DNA of 64,000 nucleotides from Eledone cirrhosa (lineage: Eukaryota), in assembly GCA_964016885.1 (NCBI GenBank), contig OZ024748.1, forward strand, positions 59,024,001-59,088,000, given 5' to 3'. The notes under the pieces are model-generated. The model searched no databases, was not told where the DNA came from, and worked only from the letters and a program-made list of their open reading frames with translations. The number at the start of each line of letters is the position of its first letter. Positions within the stretch are counted from its first letter, which is position 1. The translations under genes and the position numbers were made by a program. Positions 41,568 through 57,013 of the stretch are shown here, piece after piece.

Positions 41568-41760
41568 GTGTATATATATATATATGTATATATATATATA
41601 CGTGTATATATATATATATGTATATATATGTATATGTGTATATATATGTATATGTGTATATATATATATGTGTATATATATGTATATGTATATATATGTA
41701 TATGTATATATATGTATATATATGTATATATGTATATATATATATATGTATATATATATG

Positions 41761-41795
<35 letters not shown>

Positions 41796-41832
41796 GTATG
41801 TATATATATGTATATGTATATATATATATGTG

Positions 41833-41863
<31 letters not shown>

Positions 41864-41880
41864 GTATATATATGTATATG

Positions 41881-41911
<31 letters not shown>

Positions 41912-42074
41912 GTATATATATATGTATATATATATATATATGTATATGTATATGTATATGTATATATATATGTATATGTATATGTATATATATATGTATA
42001 TGTATATATATATGTATATGTATATATATATGTATATGTATATATATATGTATATGTATATATATATGTATATG

Positions 42075-42105
<31 letters not shown>

Positions 42106-42172
42106 GTATATATATATGTATATGTATATATATATGTATATGTATATATATATGTATATGTATATATATATG

Positions 42173-42223
<51 letters not shown>

Positions 42224-42245
42224 GTATATATATATGTATATATAT

Positions 42246-42279
<34 letters not shown>

Positions 42280-42680
42280 GTATATATATGTATATATATA
42301 TATGTATGTATATATATATATGTATGTATATATATATATGTATGTATATATATATATGTATGTATATATATATATGTATGTATATATATATATGTATGTA
42401 TATATATATATATATATTTATATATGTATATATATATGTATATATGTATATATATGTGTATATATATATATGTGTATATATATATATGTATATATGTATA
42501 TATATGTGTATATATATATATGTATATATATGTATATATGTATATATGTATATATGTATATATGTATATATGTATATATATGTATATATGTATATATATG
42601 TGTATATATATATATGTATATATGTATATATGTGTATATATATATATGTATATATGTATATATATATATATATGTATATA

Positions 42681-42741
<61 letters not shown>

Positions 42742-42975
42742 ATATATATATATGTATATATATATGTATATATATATATATGTATATATATATGTATATA
42801 TATATGTATGTATATATATATATGTATATATATATGTATGTATATATATATATATGTATATATATGTATATATGTATATATATATGTATGTATATATATA
42901 TATATGTATATATATATGTATATATGTATATATATGTGTATATATATATGTATATATATATGTATATATATATAC

Positions 42976-45975
42976 AGTTGTTTCATTTCAATTTATTATA
43001 ATAAATTTATAAATTTAGGAATTTATAAATTTCTGGTTGGTTGGTTGTTTCCACAACCAGGTAGTTGTTTATATATTGTTAAAGTTCTTTCGTCACACAT
43101 TCTGTGACCTCTTCAGTGACTGGGGATTCTTTTCTTTGTTTTTGTGCCTCTCCTTTGTTCTGTCCTACGCCATTTTGTTTCTGTGTGTGTGTTGTGTGCT
43201 CAGTCTGCGCGTGCGCCACATCCGGGTGTCTGTGTGTGTTTATATTCGTTTATTTATTCGTTTATTTACATGTTACCGGTTGGTTGTTTGTTCTATGTGC
43301 GTGTGTGTTTTCATTTTGTCCTTAATTGTAAGTTGTGATGTTGCTGTTCCACTCATATTTTCTATTTAATTTTGGTTGTAATTCTTTTATGTTTATTGCC
43401 TCTGTGATTTGTCTAAACATTGCGTCTTTTCTGTGTGTAGATTCTATTTTTATTTCTATGTTCTCTAATTTACCCTTATGTTCTATTTTAGCATGTTAGT
43501 AAAGAATCATCTGTACTCTACCATCTTGAAGGTCTCACCAGTGTTCATTTATCCGTTCCCCTACACTACGAGCTGTCTCACCTATGTACACTATATTTTT
43601 GTCTCTACATTGTCCTTCAGTACATCTTATGCTATACACTACATTTCTAGTTTTACAGTTAATATGGAGGCTTATTTTACAGGTTATACTTTTCTTATCT
43701 ATACAGGGGGTCTTTGAAAAGGGTATGTCTTGCTAATAAGTGTTTTTACGGAGGTACCTGGTCTTTCTACTATCTTAATATTGAGTTTATGTTTATCTGG
43801 GGCCCTTCTAAATTTGTAAGCTAATTCGCCTCTAGGGGTTGTATCGATGAACATTACACTCTGGTATTTATTGCTATCATACCATAAGTTTATTCTATTA
43901 GCTTTATTCCTAGTTCTTTCTATTCTATTCCAAAATTTGCTCCTATAAAAGGGGCAGGTCCCATTTGTGTCATTATTTACCATTTTTTCCCATTTGGTTC
44001 TGGCTCCTCTATACACTCTGATTTTATCTCTCTGATTTTAACCAGAGAACTGCATACGGTGGATGAATTGTTGTATGTGTCTCTCTAGTTCTTCGGGGTT
44101 GCACATGCGGGACACGTTTCTCATCACCCGTACCAAATCCGCAATCAGTATGTTGATTTTGGTATGGTCCGAAACAGCCGAGTTTCGGTGGATCAGATGT
44201 TTGGAAGTCATGGATTTGGCATAATGGGAATGGAGGATTTGTTTTTTGTTATTAATGGTATCTAACCAGAGCTCTGTGTCTAGTACAGGTAATCGATGGT
44301 TGGGATGCTTACTTGGGTAGTCTATAGTAACTCTAATACTCTGGTGGATGGAGTTAGCTATTTGCTGGATGCTTTCCATTGTGTTTTTCTCTAGTTCCTG
44401 ACTGTTCTCTAGTGGGGTGTCTTAACTACGATGTTTATATCATCAACGTAGCGGGAGTACATTATCAGGGTTAAGGGGTCTTCTAATTGTTCTTTAAGTT
44501 TAAGTTTAAGTCTACTGTCCCACCATACCATGAATAAGTTAGCTATGTCGCCTGCAATGCTAACACCAATGGCTGCTCCTTCCTCTTGGGCATATGTTTT
44601 TCCATTAAATTTAAACATATGTTCCTTAAGGGTTAGTTTTATGCTGGCCCCTACCGCATGTGCAATCGTGGTTTTCGGGTGTCCGTATGGCTCTGGTCCA
44701 CCCGTTCCATCTATCTGTGTGGGTTTTCTTGGCCATTGAGGTAATGGTAGGTAGTCTGCTTCTTGCTGGTCTTGTAGGGCATAGGTTGCTAAGGTCATAT
44801 GTGTCTAGGTAATTATTACTATAGATAAGTTTAAGTAGGAGTCCCAGCTCACTGGTATCAATCCCACGGAACTAACTCAACATTGCTCTCGCTGATCATT
44901 TCTACCTATTTCTCCACAGCAAAATCCACGTCAATAGATGGATACAGGGACACAACATCCATACTACCTATTATGCAGTTTGTTAGGGCCCTAGATCTGT
45001 TACTCTCGCAGATTGTGCTGAGGAGGTCCTCCGTGCTGTCACATACATCTGGGGACATTTCAATGATGGGGCGTATGATCAGGGAGAGGAAGTAGGACAG
45101 TCTGTAGTTACTAGCAATGTTAGCTCCACAGACTGGCCGTGTTGGTGGTCCCGTGACAGGGTCACTGCCCGTTTTATGGTCTTTTCGAAGCCCATACAAC
45201 GCCGGAACGTCATTGTTCCAGGCGTGGAAGTTGTTGGCAGTCCTTTTGTTGGGCTGCATTATATTCGTCCACATCACCATATGGGCATCGAGGGCTTTTT
45301 CTCTATCCTCATGCTCCTGTGGTGTTACCTCTCTTGTGTTAGTGATGTGGGGTTGCATTTCCTGGATGTAGTTTGGCAGGCTGTCAACCGACATTCTGCC
45401 AGACTTGTCTGTTGGAAAGCATGCTATCTCTCCATTACGCGAGCGCTGCATGAGCTTACGCAAGCCATTTGCAGATTTTTCTCCTAGTTGCTGGGCCTCC
45501 ATTCTATTATGCTTCTTGCTATACTGTTCTATAATATTTCTAAGTTCGGATCTAGCTATACTAAATTGTGCTTCTGTTTGTTCATCGACCTGCGACGGCA
45601 ATTGCGTGCGTTTGTTAAATGGTAAAGTCGTGGCGTGGACTCGTCGCAGGTCGAACGACTTATCGGAGGGATTATAAAAACTAAAGTTCCAGGCTGCTGC
45701 TTTATGTGTACTAGTGCTATTGTTATTGTTAGTTGTGTTGTTTCTATTTCTATTTCCACCAACAGCCTCATGGTTGTTTCTATGTCTCTCATTATTACTC
45801 CTGTCTCTTTCCACTGGCTCATTGTTATTATCTACTCTATTTTGTGTGTCTGTGTGTTCGTCTTGTTTATTTTCTGTGTCCATAGTCTCCCTTCTCCTTT
45901 TAAACCTATTACTTTCCCTTATTTCTGTGATTTCTGTGCTACTGTCATTACTTGTTTTCTGTGTGTTTGTTAAGA
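42976..45975 (-). mobile_element. Near full-length decayed Penelope-like element
   Basis: RT and GIY-YIG fragments, 3' UTR with hammerhead-like core, TA arrays on both sides. Confidence 0.85.
43322..45975 (-). pseudogene. PLE RT + C-terminal GIY-YIG endonuclease with frameshifts and stops
   Basis: PTDKSG, LYGLRKDHK, RPVC, SMDVVSLYPSI, GAAIG, RYVDD, LPVLD; hand translation gives NVVYSIRC..VYIGETARSVGERINEH..RQITEAINI..LNRKYEW. Confidence 0.88.
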
Positions 45976-46202
45976 TTGTGGTGGTGGTGGTGGTAGTGGT
46001 GGTGGTGGTGGTATATATATATATGTATATATATATATACATATACATATATATATTCATATACATATACATATATATATTCATATACATATATATATAC
46101 ATATACATATACATATATATATATATATATACATATATATATACATGTATATATATATATATATATATAATATAAAATCAAAATATGGTTAAGAGTTCCA
46201 TG

Positions 46203-46273
46203 TATTTTATTATGCGCATTTCAAAACCAAATATCATCATGGGATGATATTTGCGTTCTCATCAGATAAAATA
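46203..46273 (-). ncRNA. Type I hammerhead ribozyme
   Basis: UAUUUUAU-CUGAUGA-GAACG-CAAAUAUCAUC-CCAU-GAUGAUAUUUG-GUUUU-GAAA-UGCGCA-UA-AUAAAAUA. Confidence 0.82.
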
Positions 46274-47130
46274 GGGAGACATGATATGAAGCTTAAAAAA
46301 CACTTGCGAGCAGTGAAGTGTTAAATCAACATATGAAAAATAAAATAAGATGGATATATGAAATTGGGAAAAAAAAGGAAAGGAAGGGGAGAAGGAAAAT
46401 GTAAGGAAGAGGAAGAAAGAATATAATAAGAAAAAAATATATAATAATAAGGAAAGGATGACGGAGGAGGAGTATAAGAAGGAAGGATGAGAGAGGATGA
46501 GAAAATGAGTGAGAGAGAGAGAGAGATAACCTTTAATACTGAGAAACACTGTCTCATAGAGAGAAATTAAAAAAAAACGTTGTAAGATAATACATAATTT
46601 AAAAATATTTAGAAATTAAAAGTTAATGAGGTTTATGAATGGTGATGCTTATGATTAAAGAAAAAGGAATTAAGAATAGTATTTATTTAAGGTTTATATA
46701 TTGAAGGGTTTAATAATATGTGCGAAGAGGAATTTATTAAAATGTATTATTAAAATAAAATATATTAAGGAGATAAAGTGAATGAAGATAAGGTTAAATG
46801 AATTATGAACTTAGAGGAATTAGTTAGGGCCTAAGTTTGTTTCTATGTATTGTAAAAAGTAAATAATAGGTTTAATACGAGCACGGAAGGAGAGAAGAAA
46901 GTAGAAATTCAAGGAAGAAAAAATATATAACGTCAAAAAAAATATATGTTTACAAAATTTACTAATGGTAATATTAGTATATATTAAAAATAAAAATTTG
47001 TATGGCCGGGAACATAAGGAAAATGCTATAGTGATTTATAATATGAATTAAGAAATAATTGAGAAGTAAAAGTTGCAGATTAAAGATTAGAAATTAAAAA
47101 AGAAAAAAGGATAAAAAAGAAGAAAAATAG

Positions 47131-47500
47131 GGGACCGTTAACGACATAGTATGAGTAAATTGTATAATATACTGAAATAAGGTAGAAAGATGGGTATATT
47201 TGTAAAAGAGATAAAATCGTTTGAGAAAAGAAGATTTTAAACTAATTAGGTAGTAAGATATTAGCTGTATACTTTATGGAAAGTTCATGGGATTTATGCA
47301 AGCAGAGCGAAAATAAATCCGTAAGTCTATTTATTATAGAATTAAAATTAGAGATAATGGTAAATTAAGAGGACCGCTAACGACATAGTATGAGTAAATT
47401 GTATAATATACTGAACTAAGGTAGAAAGATGGGTATATTTGTAAAAGATATAAAAGCGTTTGAGAAAAGAAGATTTTAAACTAATTAGGTAGTAAGATAA
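47131..47500. repeat. ~130-bp direct duplication
   Basis: 47132-47260 vs 47371-47499. Confidence 0.85.
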
Positions 47501-47890
47501 ACCAGAGTTAAATAAAGTACTCAATACATTAGTAAAGAAGAATCAAATTTATTTCATGTAGAAATAACTACATCCTTTTTTTTTTTTTTGTGTCATAAAA
47601 TGAAATTACTCTTCCAAGCAACATTTTTTATGATGAACCTTATTTTTATCACTATTTAGAAATTTGAGTGTACCCCATTGAAAAGTATAATGAAAGTATT
47701 ATATTTCTTATTTTTCACGGGATTGCCATTGGGTGTATTGTTGTTTCTTGGAAAATGATTGCTAGTAAAGTAGCGACAGCGAAATAATCGTTTGGTGAAT
47801 TTAATACGGGGTACGGTTTCGATTTCCTGTCGTTACTGTACTACCCACTGTTATAGATCATATTTCCATCCTTAATAGATGTAAACGTCA

Positions 47891-47932
<42 letters not shown>

Positions 47933-48115
47933 TTCTACAGGACTAGAACTGTTTCATTAGGGAGAAAACGTCAGGTAGCTGACTGTCCAAGTAGTATGGT
48001 GGTATTTATACTTTTTTCTGGTCGTAGGTTGGGGTGGGTGGAGGTCATTGGTTGATGGATTTAATGAAAAAGGAATTGTTTAAAAACTATATTTATATAT
48101 ATGAAAAGATTCAGG

Positions 48116-48211
48116 ACCCCGACGGCTGAGCTCCGGCCGTTTCGACAGCTAGATCCGAACTAAAGCGCCAGTATTCAAACAGCGGGAATCTAGCTGAACT
48201 AATCAAGGGGT
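48116..48211 (-). ncRNA. Full-size type I hammerhead fold with variant core UUGAUUA (family B)
   Basis: ACCCC-UUGAUUA-GUU-CAGCUAGAUUC...GGAUCUAGCUG-UC-GAA-ACGGC...GCCGU-C-GGGGU. Confidence 0.7.
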
Positions 48212-48369
48212 ATAATATGGGTAGACAGTCTTAAAAGTTCTTTTTTTTTTTCTCTGGGAGTGGTCAGTAGTCTTATATATACATACATATGTGGGTGGGT
48301 GTGTATATATATATATATATAATTAATAAAAATAATGAATAAAAACAAAGAAACAGTTCCTTATATTAA

Positions 48370-48414
<45 letters not shown>

Positions 48415-48429
48415 TACACAGGTGTTGTT

Positions 48430-48912
48430 GTACTTGAGGAGGGTCATATTGTTGTAATAATATTGCCAGAAATAATAACAGAACACACTGTTTGGCTGGT
48501 TTTCGCATCTGTATCTTTTATATCTCCATAGTTAATTTATTTGGCAATCAATGATTATCATTGACTGACCTTGATTGCCAAATAAATTAACTATGGAGGT
48601 ATAAAAGATACAGGAGCGAAAAACCAACCAAACAGTGCGTTCTGTTATTATTTCTGGCGGTGGATTGGCAGTATCGGTTGAGAGTCAGACACCATGCTTT
48701 CCAGCATAGTTACGTCCCTTTACGATCTGAGTTCAAGTCCCTCCGAGGTTGACTTTGCCTTTCATCCTTACGGGGTCGATAAAATAAAGTACCAGTAATG
48801 CACTGAGTAATTGCTGGCCTTGTGCTTAAAGTAGAAACAATTATTACAACAATATGACCCTCCCCAAGTATAACAATATTTGTTTCGACACACGATTTCA
48901 TATCAAACACCT
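48430..48912. mobile_element. Family D foldback element with a SINE inserted in its right arm
   Basis: Arms 48430-48551 vs 48571-48658 plus 48840-48870; SINE at 48656-48845. Confidence 0.75.
48656..48845 (+). mobile_element. Main-family SINE, full length
   Basis: GGCGGTGGATTGGCAG head to AAACAATTATT tail. Confidence 0.85.
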
Positions 48913-48932
48913 TGTAAAACAAATATATACAA

Positions 48933-48969
<37 letters not shown>

Positions 48970-49091
48970 TATATAAGTATGTGTGTGTATCTGTGGGTCT
49001 GTGTTTCTTCGTTTTGCACTGTCATCTTCGATCATAGGTCTACTGGATCAGATTGATTTAGGCCCCAACAACTTCCTATCATTATCTTCGA

Positions 49092-49306
49092 TCGGCAGAG
49101 GGTCGGACGTCATGCTTTGACGCATACAGTTACGGCCCTTGCCATTCTGAGTTCAAATCCCGCCGAGGTTAACTTTGCCTTTCATCCTTACAGGGTCAAT
49201 AAAATAAAGTACCAGTAATGTACTATCCTTACAGGGTCAATAAAATAAAGTACCAGTAATGTACTGGGTTAATTGCTGGCCTTGTGCCAAAAGTAGAAAC
49301 AATTAT
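49092..49306 (+). mobile_element. Main-family SINE with an internal ~41-bp duplication
   Basis: ATCCTTACAGGGTCAATAAAATAAAGTACCAGTAATGTACT occurs twice. Confidence 0.85.
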
Positions 49307-50256
49307 CTTCGATAAGAAACTTCCTTGTTCCTTTGCTTATAGTTCTTAATGTTCCTAAATGTTCTTTCCTTTACGTCAAAGATATTCCCGATAATTATTT
49401 CTGATCTATTTAACACCTTTGTTTTATATTACACCAACTTCTAGATTATGGGCTAGCGTTTCAAGGTTTAATTTCAAGTATTTTGCCACATTACACAAGC
49501 TTTCCTTGTTTTAGTTTCAAATTCTATGTCATGTTACGTGCACTCTCCAAGGGCTACTTTAATTTTTTTTGTCAAGATATCAAAAGTTTGCATACATAAC
49601 TGCAACGACTCATAACTCCTGAGGGAGTCGTAGGGACGCCATATTGACATATAGCGTTTCTAGAGTATTTTTAAATCTGGCGGAACACAATCCTCTCCAG
49701 GTCTGAATACAGCAGATTTATTGCAGAAAAGTATAGAAAGTGAGAGAATGAGGGAGAGAACGCTACACAGAGGAAGTATCAACCGTAGCAATTGACAGGT
49801 ACTTTTTTATCAAATGTATGAAAGGCAAAGTTGAGAGAATAGAAGTGAGAAAGAGATATATAGCGGACCAAATGTTTACCAACGGTAAATTTCTAATATT
49901 TCATTATGGCGTTCAACGATCCATTCACAATTGGCAAGATCACGACTTTCTCATCTTTTTTCTCAGTATTATCCTTTCTGATCTGGGATTAAACAATAAC
50001 GAAGAGCTGCAGATTTGAACGCCTGCCTCTTCTGTTGTTACTCTCATTATATCAGCCTCTCGGTTGTGAATTGGACTCTGACAGGAAATCGAAACCGTAC
50101 CTCGGATGATATCCACCAAGCGATTATTCCTCTGTCGTTACTGTACTAGCCACCATTAAAATAAAATTAATTAACAATTTTATAAATCAAATTTCCATCC
50201 TTAATAGGTGCAAATGTCAAACAGAGATTATATATATATGTAGGTGGGTGTGTTTA

Positions 50257-50270
50257 AATATATATGTGTG

Positions 50271-50331
<61 letters not shown>

Positions 50332-50500
50332 GTGTGTATATGTATATATATATCTGTATATATATATCTGTATATATATATCTGTATATATATATCTGTA
50401 TATATATATATCTGTATATATATATCTGTATATATATATATGTATATATATATCTGTATATATATATATGTATATATATATATATGTATATATATATCTG

Positions 50501-50550
<50 letters not shown>

Positions 50551-50656
50551 TGTATATATATGTATATATGTATATGTATATATATGTATATATATATATA
50601 TGTATATATATGTATATATGTATATATATGTATATATATATATATGTATATATATG

Positions 50657-50687
<31 letters not shown>

Positions 50688-50766
50688 GTATATATATATA
50701 TATGTATATATATGTATATATATATATATGTATATATATGTATATATATATATATGTATATATATG

Positions 50767-50797
<31 letters not shown>

Positions 50798-51020
50798 GTA
50801 TATATATGTATATATATATATATGTATATATATGTATATATATGTATATATGTATATATATGTATATATATATATATGTATATATATGTATATATATGTA
50901 TATATGTATATATATGTATATATATATATATATATGTATATATAGTATATATATATATATATATGTATATATATGTATGTATATATATATGTATATATAT
51001 GTATATATATATATATATGT

Positions 51021-51052
<32 letters not shown>

Positions 51053-51950
51053 GTATATATATGTATATATATATATGTATATATATATATATGTATATAT
51101 ATGTATATATATATATATGTATATATATGTATATATATATATATGTATATATATGTATATATATATATATGTATATATATGTATATATATATATATGTAT
51201 ATATATGTATATATATATATATGTATATATATGTATATATATGTATATATATATATATGTATATATATATGTATATATATGTATATATATATGTATATAT
51301 ATATGTATATATATGTATATATATATATATATGTATATATATGTATATATATGTATATGTATATATATGTATATGTATGTATATGTATATATATGTATAT
51401 ATATATATATGTATATATATGTATATGTATATATATATATATGTATATATATGTATATGTATATATATATATGTATATGTATATATATATATATGTATAT
51501 ATATGTATATGTATATATATGTATATATATGTATATATATATATATGTATATTATATGTATATGTATATATAGTATATATATGTATATATATGTATATAT
51601 ATATATATATATGTATATATATGTATATGTATATATATGTATATATATGTATATATGGTATATATATGTATATATATATGTATATATATGTATATGTATA
51701 TATAGGTGTATATATATGTATATATATGTATATATATGTATATTTATGTATATGTATATATATGTATATATATGTATATATATATATATGTATATATATG
51801 TATATATATATATGTATATATATGTATATATATGTAAATATATGTATATGTATATATATGTATATATATGTATATATATATATATGTATATATATGTATA
51901 TATATATATATATATGTATATATATGTATATATATGTATATATATATATG

Positions 51951-51995
<45 letters not shown>

Positions 51996-52415
51996 GTATA
52001 TATTATATGTATGTATATATATATATGTATATATATGTATGTATATATGTATATATATATGTATATATATGTATATATATATATGTATATATATATATGT
52101 ATATATATGTATGTATATATGTATATATATATGTATATATATGTATATATATATATGTTATATATGTATATATATATATGTATATATATATATGTATATA
52201 TATATGTATATATATATATGTATATATATATATGTATATATATGTATATATATGTATATATATATATGTATATATATATATGTATATATATGTATGTATA
52301 TATATGTATATATATATATGTATATATATGTATGTATATATAGTATATATATTGTATATATATATATGTATATATATGTATGTATATATATGATATATAT
52401 GTATGTATATATATG

Positions 52416-52452
<37 letters not shown>

Positions 52453-52874
52453 GTATAATTATATATGGAGATATATGTATATATATATATGTATATATAT
52501 GTATGTATATATATGTATATATATATATGTATATATATGTATATGTATATATATATATGTATATATATGTATATATATGTATATATATATATGTATATAT
52601 AATATATATGTATATATATATAATGTATATATATGTATATATATGTATATATATATATGTATATATATATATGTATATATATGTATATATATATATGTAT
52701 ATGTAGTATATATATATATGTATATATATATATATGTATATATATGTATATATATATGTATATAAATGTATATATATATATGTATATATATATATGTATA
52801 TATATGTATATATATATATGTATATATATATATGTATATATATATATGTATATATGTATATGTATATATATATT

Positions 52875-52912
<38 letters not shown>

Positions 52913-52949
52913 GTTTATATATATATGTATATGTATATATATATATGTG

Positions 52950-52992
<43 letters not shown>

Positions 52993-53380
52993 GTATATAT
53001 ATATGTGTATATGTATATATATATATATATATATGTGTATATGTATATATATATGTGTATATGTATATAATGTGTGTATATGTATATATATATATATATA
53101 TATATGTGTATATGTATATATATATATATATATGTGTATATGTATATATATATATATATATGTGTATATGTATATATATATATATATATATGTGTATATG
53201 TATATATATATATATATATGTGTATATGTATATATATATATATATATATGTGTATATGTATATATATATATATATATGTGTATATGTATATATATATATA
53301 TATATATATGTATATGTTATTATATATATATATATATATGTGTATATGTATATATATATATATATATATATGTGTATATG

Positions 53381-53411
<31 letters not shown>

Positions 53412-53915
53412 GTGTATATGTATATATATATATTATGTGTATATGTATATATATATATATATGTGTATATGTATATATATGTGTGTATATGTATATATAT
53501 GTGTATATATGTGTATATGTGTATATATGTGTATATGTATATATATGTGTATATGTATATATATGTGTGTATATGTATATATATGTGTATATATGTGTAT
53601 ATGTATATATATGTGTGATATGTATATATATGTGTATTATATGTGTATATGTATATATATGTGTATATGTGTATATGTGTATATATGTGTATATGTATAT
53701 ATATGTGTATATATGTGTATATGTATATATATGTGTATATATGTGTATATGTATATATATGTGTATATATGTGTATATGTATATATATGTGTATATATGT
53801 GTATATGTATATATAATATATATGTATATATGTGTATATGTGTATATGTATATATATATATATGTGTATATATGTGTATATGTGTATATGTATATATATG
53901 TGTATATGTGTAATG

Positions 53916-53978
<63 letters not shown>

Positions 53979-53991
53979 GTGTGTATATGTA

Positions 53992-54032
<41 letters not shown>

Positions 54033-54071
54033 ATATATATATATGTGTGTGTGTGTATATATATATATATA

Positions 54072-54102
<31 letters not shown>

Positions 54103-54113
54103 TTGTGTGTGTG

Positions 54114-54160
<47 letters not shown>

Positions 54161-54171
54161 GTGTGTGTGTG

Positions 54172-54218
<47 letters not shown>

Positions 54219-54232
54219 GTGTGTGTGTTGTG

Positions 54233-54265
<33 letters not shown>

Positions 54266-54661
54266 ATTATATATATATATATGAGTGTGGTATATATATA
54301 TATATGTGTGTGTGTATATATATATATATATATGTGTGTATATATATATATGTGTATATATATATGTGTGTGTATATATATATATATATGTGTGTATATA
54401 TATATATATGTGTGTGTATATATATATATATATATATGTGTGTATATATATATGTGTGTGTATATATATGTGGGTGGGCTTGTGTTCCTTCGTTTTGCAC
54501 TGTCAGTGATTAAATATCTCGCTTACAACTCAAATTGCACTGCTTGCTGAGGTTCATGTGTGTCATATAGGTATATGTATATATATATATTATATATATA
54601 TATGTATATATATGTATATATATATTATATATATATATTATATATATATGTATATTTATAT

Positions 54662-54692
<31 letters not shown>

Positions 54693-54828
54693 TGTATATG
54701 TATATATATATATTGTATATGTATTATATATATATTGTATATGTATATATATATATTGTATATGTATATATATATATTGTATATGTATATATATATTGTA
54801 TATGTATATATATATTGTATATATATAT

Positions 54829-54859
<31 letters not shown>

Positions 54860-54989
54860 GTGTGTATCTGTGTGTATATATATATATGTGTGTATCTGTG
54901 TGTGTATATATATATATGTATACACGTACGTATATATAAATATATATATATATATAAATATATATGTGTATATATATGTGTGTGCTATA

Positions 54990-55022
<33 letters not shown>

Positions 55023-55302
55023 GTATAAATATATGTGTATATGTATATATATATATATATATAAATATATATGTATAAATATATGTGTATATGTATATAT
55101 ATATATATAAATATATATGTGTATATATATATGTATGTGTGTATATATATATATATAAATATGTGTGTGTGTATGTATATATATATATATATGTATGTGT
55201 GTATATATATATATATATATAAATATGTGTGTATATATATATATAAATATATATGTGTATATATATATGTATGTGTGTATATATATATGTGTATATATAT
55301 AT

Positions 55303-55343
<41 letters not shown>

Positions 55344-55361
55344 TGTGTGTATATATATATG

Positions 55362-55403
<42 letters not shown>

Positions 55404-55421
55404 TATATGTGTATATATATA

Positions 55422-55487
<66 letters not shown>
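50257..55487. repeat. ~5-kb (TA)n/(TG)n compound array
   Basis: Direct; short unique interruption at 54470-54570. Confidence 0.95.
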
Positions 55488-55490
<3 letters not shown>

Positions 55491-55937
55491 ACACAAAGTC
55501 GACAATGAAATTCGTCAACAACATACGAAAATGTGCAGATATTTCAGAATGACATTTTAATAAAATTCGTAATAGCTTTCAACTTTCGTAGTTTCTGCAC
55601 TTTAAAGGCAGTTGGACTAAAATAGCTGTGAGCTCTCAACAACTAACTGCAATACTTAATCACAATTCCTAAGACAATGAACCCAAGTCTACACTTGTTT
55701 AGAACCAGTTTTGTACTCTTTCTCGCTCTCTCTCTCTCTCTCTCTCTCTTCCACCCATTCTGTCTTTCTCTCTTTATGTACGTGTATATATATGTATATA
55801 TATATATATATATAAACATATGTACGTACATGTATAGATAGATATATACATACAAACATGTGTGTATATATATATATATATATAAATATATATACATATA
55901 TATAGATACATATATAGATAGATAGTTAGATACAAAC

Positions 55938-56002
<65 letters not shown>

Positions 56003-56430
56003 AACATATATACATACATACAAACATGTATATATATTTATATATATATATACACATATACATCATACAAGCATCTGTATATATATATATATATATATGC
56101 TTCTCTCACTCTCTCTTTATCTTCTTCCCCGCTTCCTTTTCTCTTTCTTGTTCTCTTTCTCTCTCTCTCTCTCTCTCTTATTTCTCCCTCTATCTCTCCC
56201 CCAGACACACACACTCTGTCGCACAAACACTCTCTGCCTCTCACCAGCTCTTCCTTTTATTTATGCAAGATAAACAGGTCAACGCATGATATGAACTGTT
56301 GCACCAAGTTAATTTGTTTTAAAATGGTGAATTATTCTTGTTGTTTAGCTCCAGCTCAGCCATGATCGTGTAACCCTATGATTAAAGGCACCTACGCCAA
56401 CCATATTTTTCCCACCCGTCCTTTTTTTAA

Positions 56431-57013
56431 CCTCTTCAGTGCCGTAGACGAGATAGCTTGTCCTAACATGTACGCATTCCAGTGCCATGGACGAGATAAC
56501 TCGTCCTAACCTGTTTGAACTCTTTTTTCCAACAGTTCATAACTTCTTCCAGTGCATCGTCCTTACCATCCTCCGGGGAAACGAATTCTCCATTCTGTCG
56601 GCCGGGGCTATGGGTAGGCTAGCAATTGGAACCCCATTCGCTCACCCGAGAGAGATGGAGACGATGACAGTGGGAGTTCGGCTCTTCCACTTTCGGACCA
56701 TATCCTTGTGATTATGTTTATTATCTTTAGAGTTACTGAATGTTATATGTTACATTCTATCACTGACAAATTTTAATAACGTATTTAAGCTTCCAAAACC
56801 GGTAGACGTATATAACTTCAAAGTTATGAATTCGTTTCCAACAGTTCATAACTTCAAGGCTAGATGGGGTTACTAGTTTATTAATGTGACCTTTGTCAAT
56901 CATTCAGATATGTGTCATTAATAAATGTTTGTTAAAATAAATAGTCATTTTACTGGGAAAAAGAAACCGCACAACAACTTTAGCTGTGTAAAATATACGC
57001 GGCAGTCAACAGG
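56431..57013. mobile_element. piggyBac-type MITE
   Basis: TTAA|CCTCTTCAGTGCC ... GGCAGTCAACAGG|TTAA: imperfect 13-bp TIR with TTAA duplication; internal repeat CAGTGCCRTRGACGAGATA. Confidence 0.6.

Noticed and set aside
43480-43545. In-frame TGA in the PLE endonuclease as selenocysteine
   Set aside because: Accompanied by TAA and frameshifts, and not at a Cys position; ordinary decay
46560-47520. AT-rich block as a mitochondrial insertion (NUMT)
   Set aside because: No recognisable mitochondrial protein, tRNA or rRNA motif
48656-48745. A/B boxes as tRNA genes
   Set aside because: These are SINE heads with no complete cloverleaf
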